Below, piece after piece: positions 1 to 7,447 of a DNA stretch of 31,483 nt. The notes beneath the pieces were generated by a model that was not told the origin of the DNA, made no database searches, and saw only the letters and a program-made list of their open reading frames with translations. The translations under genes and the position numbers were made by a program. This DNA comes from a virus (Duplodnaviria > Caudoviricetes), in the IMG/VR virus record IMGVR_UViG_3300034388_000009, positions 1 through 31,483 of that record. One strand, given 5' to 3'. Within the stretch, counting starts at the first letter, position 1, and each line of letters begins with the position of its first letter.

Positions 1-236
1 CGTGGCGACTCCAATGCTTCACCGATCTCGGCACCGACTACACCTTCCAGGCCCTTCGTGAGCGGGTCTACCTGGACGCGCAGGGCAACGTGGTCAAGCG
101 CGAAGCCCTGCCCGATGTCACCCGGCGAGTGTCCCAGGTGATGGACGATCCCGCCGCCATGGCGATGCTTGCGGCTGTCCGCGACATGGCCGACAAGTGG
201 TCCGAGGAAGACGAAGCCCTCAGCGGTAACAACTAA
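1..236 (+). CDS. Partial hypothetical phage protein (5' end outside window), probably tail-fibre associated
   Basis: Frame starting at nt 3 is open to TAA at 234-236 (WRLQCFTDLGTDYTFQALRERVYLDAQGNVVKREALPDVTRRVSQVMDDPAAMAMLAAVRDMADKWSEEDEALSGNN) with GC3-rich codons; not in the supplied ORF track. Confidence 0.7.
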   Translation, partial: WRLQCFTDLGTDYTFQALRERVYLDAQGNVVKREALPDVTRRVSQVMDDPAAMAMLAAVRDMADKWSEEDEALSGNN

Positions 237-270
237 CCCGGTGCGTTCACCGGCCACAAGGAGCAACACC

Positions 271-585
271 ATGCCCAAGATCAACCTCTCCGTCGTGCTC
301 GACAACGTCGTCACCGGCAAGCCCCTGGAGGAGTCGAAGGACAAGCCTCTCACCCTGGAGTTCATCGTGGTCGAGTCGCTGGCCCAGCCGATGGCTCCCG
401 ACACCACCCCTCTGCAGATGGTCGAGCGGTTCGACCTGATCAAGAAGGTCAAGACCGCCGAGGACAGCATCGTCACCCTCAAGGCCGAAGAGGTGTCCCT
501 GCTCAAGGCCCTCATCACCAAGAGCTTCCCCGCGCCCATCATCGCAGGGGCCGCTCTCATCGCCATCGAAACCCCTGCCGAATAG
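271..585 (+). CDS. Hypothetical phage protein (104 aa) upstream of the tail fibre, possible fibre assembly factor
   Basis: AAGGAG RBS before ATG 271 (MPKINLSVV...), phage-typical codon usage; the start at 169 in the ORF track lacks an RBS and overlaps the upstream gene. Confidence 0.8.
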   Translation: MPKINLSVVLDNVVTGKPLEESKDKPLTLEFIVVESLAQPMAPDTTPLQMVERFDLIKKVKTAEDSIVTLKAEEVSLLKALITKSFPAPIIAGAALIAIETPAE

Positions 586-593
586 GAGCAGCC

Positions 594-2732
594 ATGACCG
601 TGAACTCCACCACCAACCGCATCGACTACGACAGTGGATCCACGTCGTTCTCGTTCCCGTACAAAGTTCTTGCGCAGGAGGATCTCGTCGTCACCCAGAC
701 CGATGAGGATGGGGTGGAGTCCACGCTCGTGCTGGACACCGACTACACGGTCACCATGCTCGGCGTCGGTGCCACCGTCACGCTCGACACAGCTCTGCCT
801 GTCACCGACACGCTCAGCATCGAGCGCATCGTCGACCTGACGCAGGACGTGTCACTGCCCAACCAGGGAGCGTTCTTCCCCGCCACCATCGAGGCCGCGT
901 TCGACAAGCTCACGATGATCGCTCAGCAGCAGCAGGACGCTCTCGACATCGCTGGCAACGCTCTGCGGTTCGACCCAGACGTGGTGGCCGATCCAGACTT
1001 CGTACTGCCCGACCCCGAGTACGGGATGGTCCTGGGGTGGAACGCGACCGAGGACGGCCTCATCAACGTGGAGAACTACTCCAACATCACCGACGCTGGC
1101 ATGACCCAGCTCCTCGACGCCGACTACGGTGATGCACTGGTGGCCGTGAAGTACCCGTTCACCGGAGCTACCGCACGGACCCAGCACGAGCACAACGCCG
1201 ACACGATCAGCGTGAAGGACTTCGGTGCTGTGGGTGACGGTGTGGCCGACGACACCACCGCGTTCGAGGACGCCATCGCTGCGTGCGAGGACGGTACCAT
1301 CGCGAACTTCACGCTGAGGATCCCTGCTGGCGTCTACAAGATCACCAGCGGTCTCTCCGCGCTGAGCACCAACTTCCTGGGTGACGGGTCCACCCAGAGT
1401 TCGATCCTGTGGGCGCCCACCGCGAACGGCACCTGCCTCACCATCGGTGACGGTGTGACCGGAGTGGCCGGTGGGTACCTGCGTGGCCTGCACATCTACA
1501 CCGAGGACACCACCTACACCAAGACCGCGCTGAAGCTCGACGGCCTCACCAGCTTCATCGTGGACGACCTCTACATCAGCGGCACCGCGACCGGCACCCC
1601 CACCGCGAACTACTGGGGGGATGGTACGTACGTCTCCGTCGGGATCGACGTGGACGACTGCACGTCCTGCACTCTCGGCCACCTCAACGTCAACGCCGAC
1701 GCTCCCGTCACGCTGACCGGCGTGAACACGTCGACCCACTTCCACGACTGCAAGTTCGTCGCGCGCGACAACTACTCGGTGGTCGCCAGCCGCGTGTACG
1801 GCCTCGTGTTCGACGGCGCGCAGCTGTGGGAAGGCGGCGTCGGTGGGTTCCACCTCGACGACGCGGTGGTTGGCGGAGGGTCGACAAACGTGGTCCTCAA
1901 GAACGTGCGGTTCAACGACCAGAACCTGGGGCACGGGTCTGCGTACGCTGGTCCGTCCACCGAGTGGTGTATCAAGCTGCTGCCCACCGAGGCCGTCAGC
2001 GGGGTGCTGGTAGAGAACTGCTACTTCAGCGCGGACAGCAAGGGTCTGAAGGCTCAGGACGTGAACGACCTGAAGCTGGCGAACGTGGTGGCCGTCACCA
2101 ACGGGGTCGCGCTTCAGGTGGTGGGCGACTTCTACTCGACGCTCACCCTCGACGCCTGCACCTGGGGTGCGTCCTGCACGTTCGACCTGACCTACCTCGT
2201 GCCTGCGAACATCGGCGCGTACAGCACCACCGACGCGTCCAGGTTCCCCAGCTCCGCCACGTTCCGCTACAGCATCGGCGACAACCCTTACAGCACATGG
2301 ACCATCATCGGCAGGTCAGTGGCGACCAGCTCCGTCCCTGCCGACACGAGTGAGGACACCCTCGCCACGATCCCTCTCAAGGCCGAGTTCATGGGCTCCT
2401 ATGGGTGCTTGAAGATCACCACGTTCTGGTCAACGACTAACAACGCCAACGCGAAGACTGCTCGTGTGCGGCTTGGCGGTGGCGCAGGCACTGACTTCCT
2501 CGCGAAAGACCTCGCGTCGAACGCGCTGCACAAGTACGAGACCCTGATCTTCAACACCGACTACAACGTGCAGGTCGGGTCCAGCGCGCAGGACGGCAGC
2601 GCCACGGGGTCTACCACCGCTGGTGCCATCGACACGTCGGCCGCCACCACGATCGTCATCACCGGCCAGAAGGCCAGCGCAGGCGACACCATGACCCTCG
2701 TGGCCTACATCGTCGAACTGGCAGGGGGTTGA
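594..2732 (+). CDS. Tail fibre/tailspike: T7 gp17-like N-terminal anchor, pectate-lyase-like beta-helix (putative depolymerase) and C-terminal beta domain
   Basis: N-terminus MTVNST...FSFPY...DLVV...LDTDYTV...IEAAFDKLTMIAQQ matches T7-type fibre anchors; SVKDFGAVGDGVADDTTAF...LRIPAGVYKIT is the classic beta-helix cap motif; AGGAG RBS. Confidence 0.88.
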   Translation: MTVNSTTNRIDYDSGSTSFSFPYKVLAQEDLVVTQTDEDGVESTLVLDTDYTVTMLGVGATVTLDTALPVTDTLSIERIVDLTQDVSLPNQGAFFPATIEAAFDKLTMIAQQQQDALDIAGNALRFDPDVVADPDFVLPDPEYGMVLGWNATEDGLINVENYSNITDAGMTQLLDADYGDALVAVKYPFTGATARTQHEHNADTISVKDFGAVGDGVADDTTAFEDAIAACEDGTIANFTLRIPAGVYKITSGLSALSTNFLGDGSTQSSILWAPTANGTCLTIGDGVTGVAGGYLRGLHIYTEDTTYTKTALKLDGLTSFIVDDLYISGTATGTPTANYWGDGTYVSVGIDVDDCTSCTLGHLNVNADAPVTLTGVNTSTHFHDCKFVARDNYSVVASRVYGLVFDGAQLWEGGVGGFHLDDAVVGGGSTNVVLKNVRFNDQNLGHGSAYAGPSTEWCIKLLPTEAVSGVLVENCYFSADSKGLKAQDVNDLKLANVVAVTNGVALQVVGDFYSTLTLDACTWGASCTFDLTYLVPANIGAYSTTDASRFPSSATFRYSIGDNPYSTWTIIGRSVATSSVPADTSEDTLATIPLKAEFMGSYGCLKITTFWSTTNNANAKTARVRLGGGAGTDFLAKDLASNALHKYETLIFNTDYNVQVGSSAQDGSATGSTTAGAIDTSAATTIVITGQKASAGDTMTLVAYIVELAGG

Positions 2733-2733
2733 G

Positions 2734-3177
2734 ATGGAACTCGAACTCCACCGACTGTCTGAGATTAACAGCGCAACTGTGGGACAACTTCTCAAGGACG
2801 GGGTCTTCTTCTGCCACACGCTGGAGGATGTCGTCCGGCCGCTGGGACCGAACGGGGAGGGCAAGGTCCTTCACGAAACCGCCATCCCGGCCGGTAGGTA
2901 CGAGGTCATCGCCAACATGTCCCCCAAGTTCAAGCGCGTCCTGCCCCGCCTCCTGCTGGTGCCTGGGTTCGACGGCATCCTCATCCACCCCGGCACCACC
3001 CACGAGCACACGTGGGGCTGCATCCTGGTGGGTGAGAAGGTGAACGTCGAACGAGGCACCCTCGTCCCCGGCACCGGCAAGGCCCTGGTCGACCTGCTCG
3101 TCGCTGGCATCGAGCACGCCGCGTCGAAGGGCGAGAAGACCTGGATCACGATCACCGACAGCGCGGTGCTCGGATGA
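2734..3177 (+). CDS. Putative endolysin, DUF5675 family (L,D-transpeptidase-like fold)
   Basis: Motifs FFCHTLED, TAIPAGRYEV and GILIHPGTTHEHTWGCILVG (His...GC catalytic-type motif); position after the tailspike and before a holin-like gene. Confidence 0.82.
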   Translation: MELELHRLSEINSATVGQLLKDGVFFCHTLEDVVRPLGPNGEGKVLHETAIPAGRYEVIANMSPKFKRVLPRLLLVPGFDGILIHPGTTHEHTWGCILVGEKVNVERGTLVPGTGKALVDLLVAGIEHAASKGEKTWITITDSAVLG

Positions 3178-3440
3178 AGCCGATCCTAGACTTCATCAAG
3201 CCCCGCATCGGTCGCCTGTTCAACAGCAAGGACCACACGCTTGAGGTCCACCTCGCAGCGTTCGGCTGCGGGATCCTGGCGTTCATCACGTGGCTCACGA
3301 TCTGGGTCCTGCGTGGGCCTCGCGACGCCAACCTCGTGGCAGCGCTCGTCGTGTTCGCAGGTGCCATCACTGGTGGTCTGTTCAAGAAGGGAAGCGCGAA
3401 TGGCGAAGCGCCAAAGGATGGAGAGGGAGGTGCCCCATGA
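3174..3440 (+). CDS. Putative class II holin
   Basis: 88 aa with two hydrophobic segments (LAAFGCGILAFITWLTIWVL; LVAALVVFAGAITGGLF) and a charged C-terminal tail; ATGA overlap with the endolysin. Confidence 0.7.
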   Translation: MKPILDFIKPRIGRLFNSKDHTLEVHLAAFGCGILAFITWLTIWVLRGPRDANLVAALVVFAGAITGGLFKKGSANGEAPKDGEGGAP

Positions 3441-4057
3441 TGTGGACCGGAAGGCACGCAGTCGCAGCGTTGGGCGCGACGCTGATCTTCGTGGCAGGTC
3501 TCGGTCTGGGCTGGGTGCTCTGGGGGGAGAAGCCGAAGGTGGTGGAGACCTACGCACCTGCGTCGACCCAGGAGGACGGGAGCAGGATCCTGGAGCGGAA
3601 GCCGCAGGCCGACGCGGTGCCTGCTCACGAGGTGCCGAAGGGGGGCGTGGTGGAGCGCGTGGTCCAGGTGACCATTCAGCCCACTCCACACGTCGAGGTG
3701 ATCAACCGAACCAGTGGCTCAGACCTCGTGGTCGCACCTGGGACGGTGGTGCCGTGCCCTCCGGTACGTGTGGACCTGAGCCTCGTACGGATGCCGGACC
3801 AGACCCGCAGGGTGGTGGCTTCGAGCCCTGATGGGCGAGTGGTCGCAGGTGTGGACATCCCCGTCGAGTCTGCGCCAGCGCCTGCGGTCCCGCTGCGGTG
3901 GGCGGCTGGCGGCCTGTACAACCCGACCGACCGTACGTACGGCGCGTTCATCGACCGCGACCTGGGTCCTCTGCGTGTAGGAGCGGAGCTGTTCCAGGTC
4001 CGCACGTTCGACCGCGTGACATGGTCCGGCCAGCTGAGGCTGGGCATCAGGTTCTGA
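3437..4057 (+). CDS. Membrane-anchored lysis protein, spanin candidate
   Basis: GGGAGG RBS and ATGA overlap with the holin stop; N-terminal TM segment AVAALGATLIFVAGLGLGWVLW, Pro/Val-rich middle, amphipathic beta-strands ending LRLGIRF; last gene of the lysis block. Confidence 0.65.
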   Translation: MMWTGRHAVAALGATLIFVAGLGLGWVLWGEKPKVVETYAPASTQEDGSRILERKPQADAVPAHEVPKGGVVERVVQVTIQPTPHVEVINRTSGSDLVVAPGTVVPCPPVRVDLSLVRMPDQTRRVVASSPDGRVVAGVDIPVESAPAPAVPLRWAAGGLYNPTDRTYGAFIDRDLGPLRVGAELFQVRTFDRVTWSGQLRLGIRF

Positions 4058-4065
4058 GCACAACG

Positions 4066-4092
4066 AAAAAGGCCCCCAGTACGGGGGCCTTC
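4066..4092 (-). terminator. Intrinsic terminator between convergent blocks (U-tract on - strand, possibly bidirectional)
   Basis: AAAAAGGCCCCC-agtac-GGGGGCCTT: 9-bp stem 4069-4077/4083-4091, with an A5 run on + giving a U-tract on -. Confidence 0.8.
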
Positions 4093-4100
4093 GCTTGCCG

Positions 4101-4122
4101 GGTCAACGCTGGTCGTTAGGCG
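4101..4122 (+). repeat. 22-bp direct repeat copy 1, the right half (L'-R') of an attC site
   Basis: GGTCAACGCTGGTCGTTAGGCG is identical to 4443-4464 and contains the GTTRRRY core GTTAGGC at 4115-4121. Confidence 0.85.
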
Positions 4123-4382
4123 TCAGTCCTGCTATCCCATACGACTGTGGAATCAGCCCAGTAGCCACTTACTTCCTGGTCGTCCCGGCTGAAGCTGAAA
4201 AGCGCCACAACCTTGTCGGTCCGGTGCTTCCGTAGCTGCACATAGTTTGTTTCGCCCTGGCACCTGTAAAAGTGCGCCTCCGCAGACACCCCATAATTTT
4301 CATGGCTTCCGATTCTGCGAACGTCCACGCTTGCGGGAAACCCGCTGCCTGCTCTGATGTAGTCGAAGTTACTGATTTCCAT
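4116..4382 (-). CDS. Cassette-borne hypothetical protein (88 aa, MEISNFDYIRAG...)
   Basis: GGAGG RBS 4 nt before ATG 4382; many A/T-ending codons unlike its neighbours; the TAA stop lies inside the attC core site (GCCTAAC on -). Confidence 0.75.
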   Translation of the reverse strand: MEISNFDYIRAGSGFPASVDVRRIGSHENYGVSAEAHFYRCQGETNYVQLRKHRTDKVVALFSFSRDDQEVSGYWADSTVVWDSRTDA

Positions 4383-4457
4383 GTGTCCTCCGTTTTGTTT
4401 GTGTCCCCGCCTAACCATGCGTTCCAACGGACCCTTCGGGCCGGTCAACGCTGGTCG
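4116..4457 (+). mobile_element. Integron-type gene cassette (G^TTAGGC to G^TTAGGC, 342 bp) carrying one inverted ORF
   Basis: Bounded by two GTTAGGC core sites and ends in a complete attC; 4141-4380 is about 55% GC by hand count versus roughly 65% in flanking genes. Confidence 0.7.
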
Positions 4458-4463
4458 TTAGGC
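4409..4463 (+). other. attC-like recombination site (55 bp)
   Basis: R'' GCCTAAC - 5 nt - L'' GTTCCAAC - GGACCCTTCGGGCC - L' GGTCAAC - 7 nt - R' GTTAGGC; R''/R' are perfectly complementary, with unpaired C and A at the usual extrahelical positions; L-box pairing is imperfect. Confidence 0.75.
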
Positions 4464-4465
4464 GC

Positions 4466-4774
4466 TCATCGTTTCACTACCTTGTCGAAGACCCAGGCGT
4501 AGCCTGCGAGGTCGACCACGCTGTCGTGGTGGGCAGGGTCCTGCCGCAGTCGAGCCAGCTTCATCGCGATCGCGAAGAGCACAGCCTCCTCGGGTTCGAT
4601 CTTCTTGCCGAGCAGCGCGCTCGCGATCTCGGCGGTGTTGATCCAGTTCGTGGCGGGGTCGCCGTACTGCTTGGCTCTCGTGCCGTTCACCAGCGCGTTC
4701 GCTTCGAGCAGGATGTTCGAGGATGTCTCGACCTCGGCGTCGATGGTGCCAGGGGTCACTTCTGGAAAGCTCAT
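4466..4774 (-). CDS. DUF6378-family protein
   Basis: Motifs ILLEANALVNGTRAKQYGDP...MKLARL...HHDSVVDLAGYA; AAGGAG RBS. Confidence 0.8.
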   Translation of the reverse strand: MSFPEVTPGTIDAEVETSSNILLEANALVNGTRAKQYGDPATNWINTAEIASALLGKKIEPEEAVLFAIAMKLARLRQDPAHHDSVVDLAGYAWVFDKVVKR

Positions 4775-4794
4775 GTGGTTCTCCTTGTGGAATG

Positions 4795-4829
4795 AAACAG
4801 CGGGGTGGTCCGAAGAGCCCCGCTGTTTT
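4795..4829. terminator. Hairpin, terminator-like in both directions
   Basis: AAACAGCGGGG-N12-CCCCGCTGTTT(T), an 11-bp stem in the intergenic gap. Confidence 0.55.
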
Positions 4830-4859
4830 CAGTCCGCACATACGCGGACGGTCAGGGTA

Positions 4860-5060
4860 TCAGTTCTTGAAGATGGAGTGGACGAAGTTGTCGTTGAAGA
4901 GTCGACGCTGCTCGCGGGAGAGGAACGCAGCGTAGTCCTCGGTCTCGCCGAGCTTGAGGGCCTTGTGGTAGACCTTCTCGGGCGTGCTGCTGGGCCCACC
5001 GTCGCAGAGCTTGAGCAGCTTGCGCATGACGGTGTCCCTCATCTTGTCGTTGTCGTTCAC
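4860..5060 (-). CDS. Hypothetical protein (66 aa)
   Basis: GTGA overlap with the helicase stop, GGAGAGG upstream, GC3-rich codons. Confidence 0.65.
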   Translation of the reverse strand: MNDNDKMRDTVMRKLLKLCDGGPSSTPEKVYHKALKLGETEDYAAFLSREQRRLFNDNFVHSIFKN

Positions 5061-6538
5061 TTGCCTCTCCTTTCACGCGCCATGCGCACGATGCCGTCGA
5101 ACAGTGCTTGCTCAACGGAGCCCTTGGATCCCATCACACCGTACAGCACCTCGTCGATGGTGTCCTCGGCGAGCAGGTGATGGATGAACACTTGCTTGAA
5201 CTTGCTTCCTTGCCGCCAAACACGGTCGATGAACTGGTCGTAGAGTTCACGGTTCCAGGTCATCGAGTGCCAGCACACGTTCTGCGCGCTCTCCTGCAGG
5301 TTGAGTCCGTGCCCGATGGAGGCCGGGTGGCCGAACAGGAGAGGGATCTCGCCACGGTTCCAGCGGCGCTCGATCTGGTCGAGCTGCTTCATGTTGTAGT
5401 CGCAGGCGAACACGCCGTCCTTGAACGCAGCTCGGAGACGGTCGAGGTCGTGGCCGAAGTCGTAGGCCACAAGCAGCGGGTCTCCCTGCAGTTCGTCTAC
5501 AAGGTCGCGCAGAGCGGTGATCTTCTCGCTGTGCAGGTTGACGTGGTCCTTGTTCTTCCCCGGCTTGAAGAGGCCGTTGGGCAGCATCTCCGGGTCGAGG
5601 TAGATCCCGCCGTTCGCGACCTGCCGGAGCTTCGTGGACTTCGCCGCAGCGTTCGCGGCCGACACCACGCGGTCGTCAACGGCGGAGAGGAAGAACTTCT
5701 CCATCTGGTTGTAGACCTCGCGCACGTCAGGAGGGAGCTGGACGAAGATGTTGTTCTCGATCTTCTCCGGCATGTCCAGGTGCTCGTAGCCCATCGACAG
5801 CATCAGCGGTTCGATGCGCTCGTAGATCCGTTCCTCGGCCCCAGGCTGCAGGTCCCAGTCGAAGCCGTTGCGGTGAGGGTAGAAGAACTCGTCGCGGAAC
5901 TTGGTGATGTACCGGCCGAGAGCGTTGCCCTGGTCGAGGATGTAGCACTGCCCGAACAGGTCCATCAGGCCGTTCGCTGACGGCGAGCCAGTGAGGCCCC
6001 ACCGACGGCCGAGAGTGTGGTGCACCTGCTTGAGGGCCTTGAAGCGGTCGGTGTTGTGGTGCTTCCACTTCGACAGCTCGTCGAGCACCATCGCGTCGAA
6101 GCCGTGAGACTTCCACCGCTTCATGTCGACAGCGATGGACTTCTTCTTGTTGCCCATCACGGTCTTCGACACGCCGAGCAGCCAGTCGATGCCTTCGGGG
6201 TTCATCAGTACGATGTCCACGTCGGCCTTGAGCGCGGCCTCCTTGTCGGGCCCATGCGCGATCGCGTAGGTGAGGTGGTTGAAGTCCGCCCACTTCTGGA
6301 TCTCGCGCGGCCACACGAGGTAGCACGGCCGCAGCGGCGCGATGATGAGCACCTTGCCCAGCACCTTCCGCTTCTTGAGCAGGCTGATCGCGGCCAGGGT
6401 TGACGAGGTCTTGCCGAGCCCAGGCTTCAGCAGCAGGCCTGCGCAGGCGTGCTCAAGGAGAAACTTTATGGCGACCTTTTGGTACTTGCGCGGCGTGTAG
6501 GGCCGCGCGGACTGCCGATACGGCTGAGTCGTGGTCAT
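5057..6538 (-). CDS. SNF2-family (SF2) DNA helicase/ATPase
   Basis: PRKYQ Q-motif, PGLGKT Walker A, VLDELS Walker B, GLTGSP motif III, HPASIGHGLNLQ motif V, QFIDRVWRQG motif VI. Confidence 0.93.
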   Translation of the reverse strand: MTTTQPYRQSARPYTPRKYQKVAIKFLLEHACAGLLLKPGLGKTSSTLAAISLLKKRKVLGKVLIIAPLRPCYLVWPREIQKWADFNHLTYAIAHGPDKEAALKADVDIVLMNPEGIDWLLGVSKTVMGNKKKSIAVDMKRWKSHGFDAMVLDELSKWKHHNTDRFKALKQVHHTLGRRWGLTGSPSANGLMDLFGQCYILDQGNALGRYITKFRDEFFYPHRNGFDWDLQPGAEERIYERIEPLMLSMGYEHLDMPEKIENNIFVQLPPDVREVYNQMEKFFLSAVDDRVVSAANAAAKSTKLRQVANGGIYLDPEMLPNGLFKPGKNKDHVNLHSEKITALRDLVDELQGDPLLVAYDFGHDLDRLRAAFKDGVFACDYNMKQLDQIERRWNRGEIPLLFGHPASIGHGLNLQESAQNVCWHSMTWNRELYDQFIDRVWRQGSKFKQVFIHHLLAEDTIDEVLYGVMGSKGSVEQALFDGIVRMARERRGK

Positions 6539-6773
6539 CGTGAACCTCTACGTCGTAGCCCAGTGCCCTGAGCATGTGGTGGATGAGAACCTGCAGCGGC
6601 TCAGGCGTTTCGCCTGGGCGCTTGAACTCGATGAACAGCGGACGTCCACCGGGGATGAAGAACATGCGGTCGGGGTACCCGGCCTTGCCGGGGGTGGTGA
6701 GTTTGCAGCTCGCCACCCCAAGCACGTCGAGCACCGTCTTGCACACCTTGCGTTCGATTTTCTTTTCAAGCAT
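6453..6773 (-). CDS. VRR-NUC domain nuclease (Holliday junction resolvase-like)
   Basis: MLEKKIE...GYPDRMFF...FIEFKRPG...LQ PD-(D/E)XK pattern; GAGG RBS; 86-bp overlap with the helicase. Confidence 0.9.
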   Translation of the reverse strand: MLEKKIERKVCKTVLDVLGVASCKLTTPGKAGYPDRMFFIPGGRPLFIEFKRPGETPEPLQVLIHHMLRALGYDVEVHDDHDSAVSAVRAALHAAQVPKGRHKVSP

Positions 6774-6781
6774 GGCGCACC

Positions 6782-7447
6782 TCAGAACTCACACGGCCCA
6801 CCGTTGGACTTGCTGTAGAAGCACCAGCGGCACGCGAAGCCTGGACGGGGAGCGAACACGGTGTCGTGCAGAAGGTGCGCGGGTGCTTGGGTCCACGCGG
6901 CCTTCATGTCCTCCAGCTCGTGACGCTCGTAGCGGTCGGTCTGATTGTGCTCAGGACCCTGGTCGAGGTACCAGAGAGCGGTGTCGACGACGTCGACCTC
7001 GGGGTGCACGAGCAGGACCAGCAGCGCGTAGAACGAGAGCTGCTTGCGGTTCTCCTCGTACACCTTGCCGGTCTTGAAGTCGACCACCAGCATGTGCTTC
7101 CTGCCCAGCTTGACGCGGACGTCGAGCTTGGCACGGACCCACGCTTCGCGGGAGTCGTAGGGCACACGGTTCCAGGCCATGTCGAACGCGAACTCCTCCT
7201 CGGCCACAGCCTTGGCCTTGCGCAGCCGCTGCATCTCGGCCGTGAACTTCTCGTACGACTTCGGCACGGTCTTCACCTTGTGGTTGAGGTAGTCCTCACC
7301 CTCAAGGTGGATCGCGGTACCACGCTCCATCGCCGGTGAGGCAGGCTCGCGGATGCCGTCGATCTTGTTGTACTTCACCTTGCGTGGGCAGGTACCGTAC
7401 GTCTTCCAGAGCGAGTAGCTCCATCGTGTGATGCGCTTCGCGCTCAT
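6782..7447 (-). CDS. Cas4-like PD-(D/E)XK exonuclease (RecB family, probable 4Fe-4S)
   Basis: WSYS...CPRK, RGTAIH, KLD...VVDFKTGK...QLSFYA and C-terminal CRWC-x8-C; ATG 7447 overlaps the polymerase TGA. Confidence 0.88.
   Translation of the reverse strand: MSAKRITRWSYSLWKTYGTCPRKVKYNKIDGIREPASPAMERGTAIHLEGEDYLNHKVKTVPKSYEKFTAEMQRLRKAKAVAEEEFAFDMAWNRVPYDSREAWVRAKLDVRVKLGRKHMLVVDFKTGKVYEENRKQLSFYALLVLLVHPEVDVVDTALWYLDQGPEHNQTDRYERHELEDMKAAWTQAPAHLLHDTVFAPRPGFACRWCFYSKSNGGPCEF

Noticed and set aside
230-255. AACTAAC followed by the hairpin CCGGTG-cgtt-CACCGG as another attC
   Set aside because: No matching GTTRRRY core downstream; it is just a short intergenic hairpin after a stop codon
3241-4119. 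Nested Rz1-like o-spanin in alternative frames (3241-3831, 3898-4119)
   Set aside because: No hydrophobic signal peptide or lipobox; Arg/Pro/Gly-rich composition typical of shadow frames
4101-4464. 22-bp direct repeat as a transposon target-site duplication or prophage attL/attR
   Set aside because: No transposase, integrase or terminal inverted repeats; the repeat coincides exactly with the L'-R' half of an attC site
594-4500. Diversity-generating retroelement as in BPP-1
   Set aside because: No reverse transcriptase, avd gene or TR/VR repeat pair differing at adenines was seen; the unseen part of the genome cannot be judged
6782-7447. Cas4-like gene as part of a CRISPR-Cas system
   Set aside because: It is a solo Cas4-like exonuclease in a standard phage replication module; no other cas genes or array in the window
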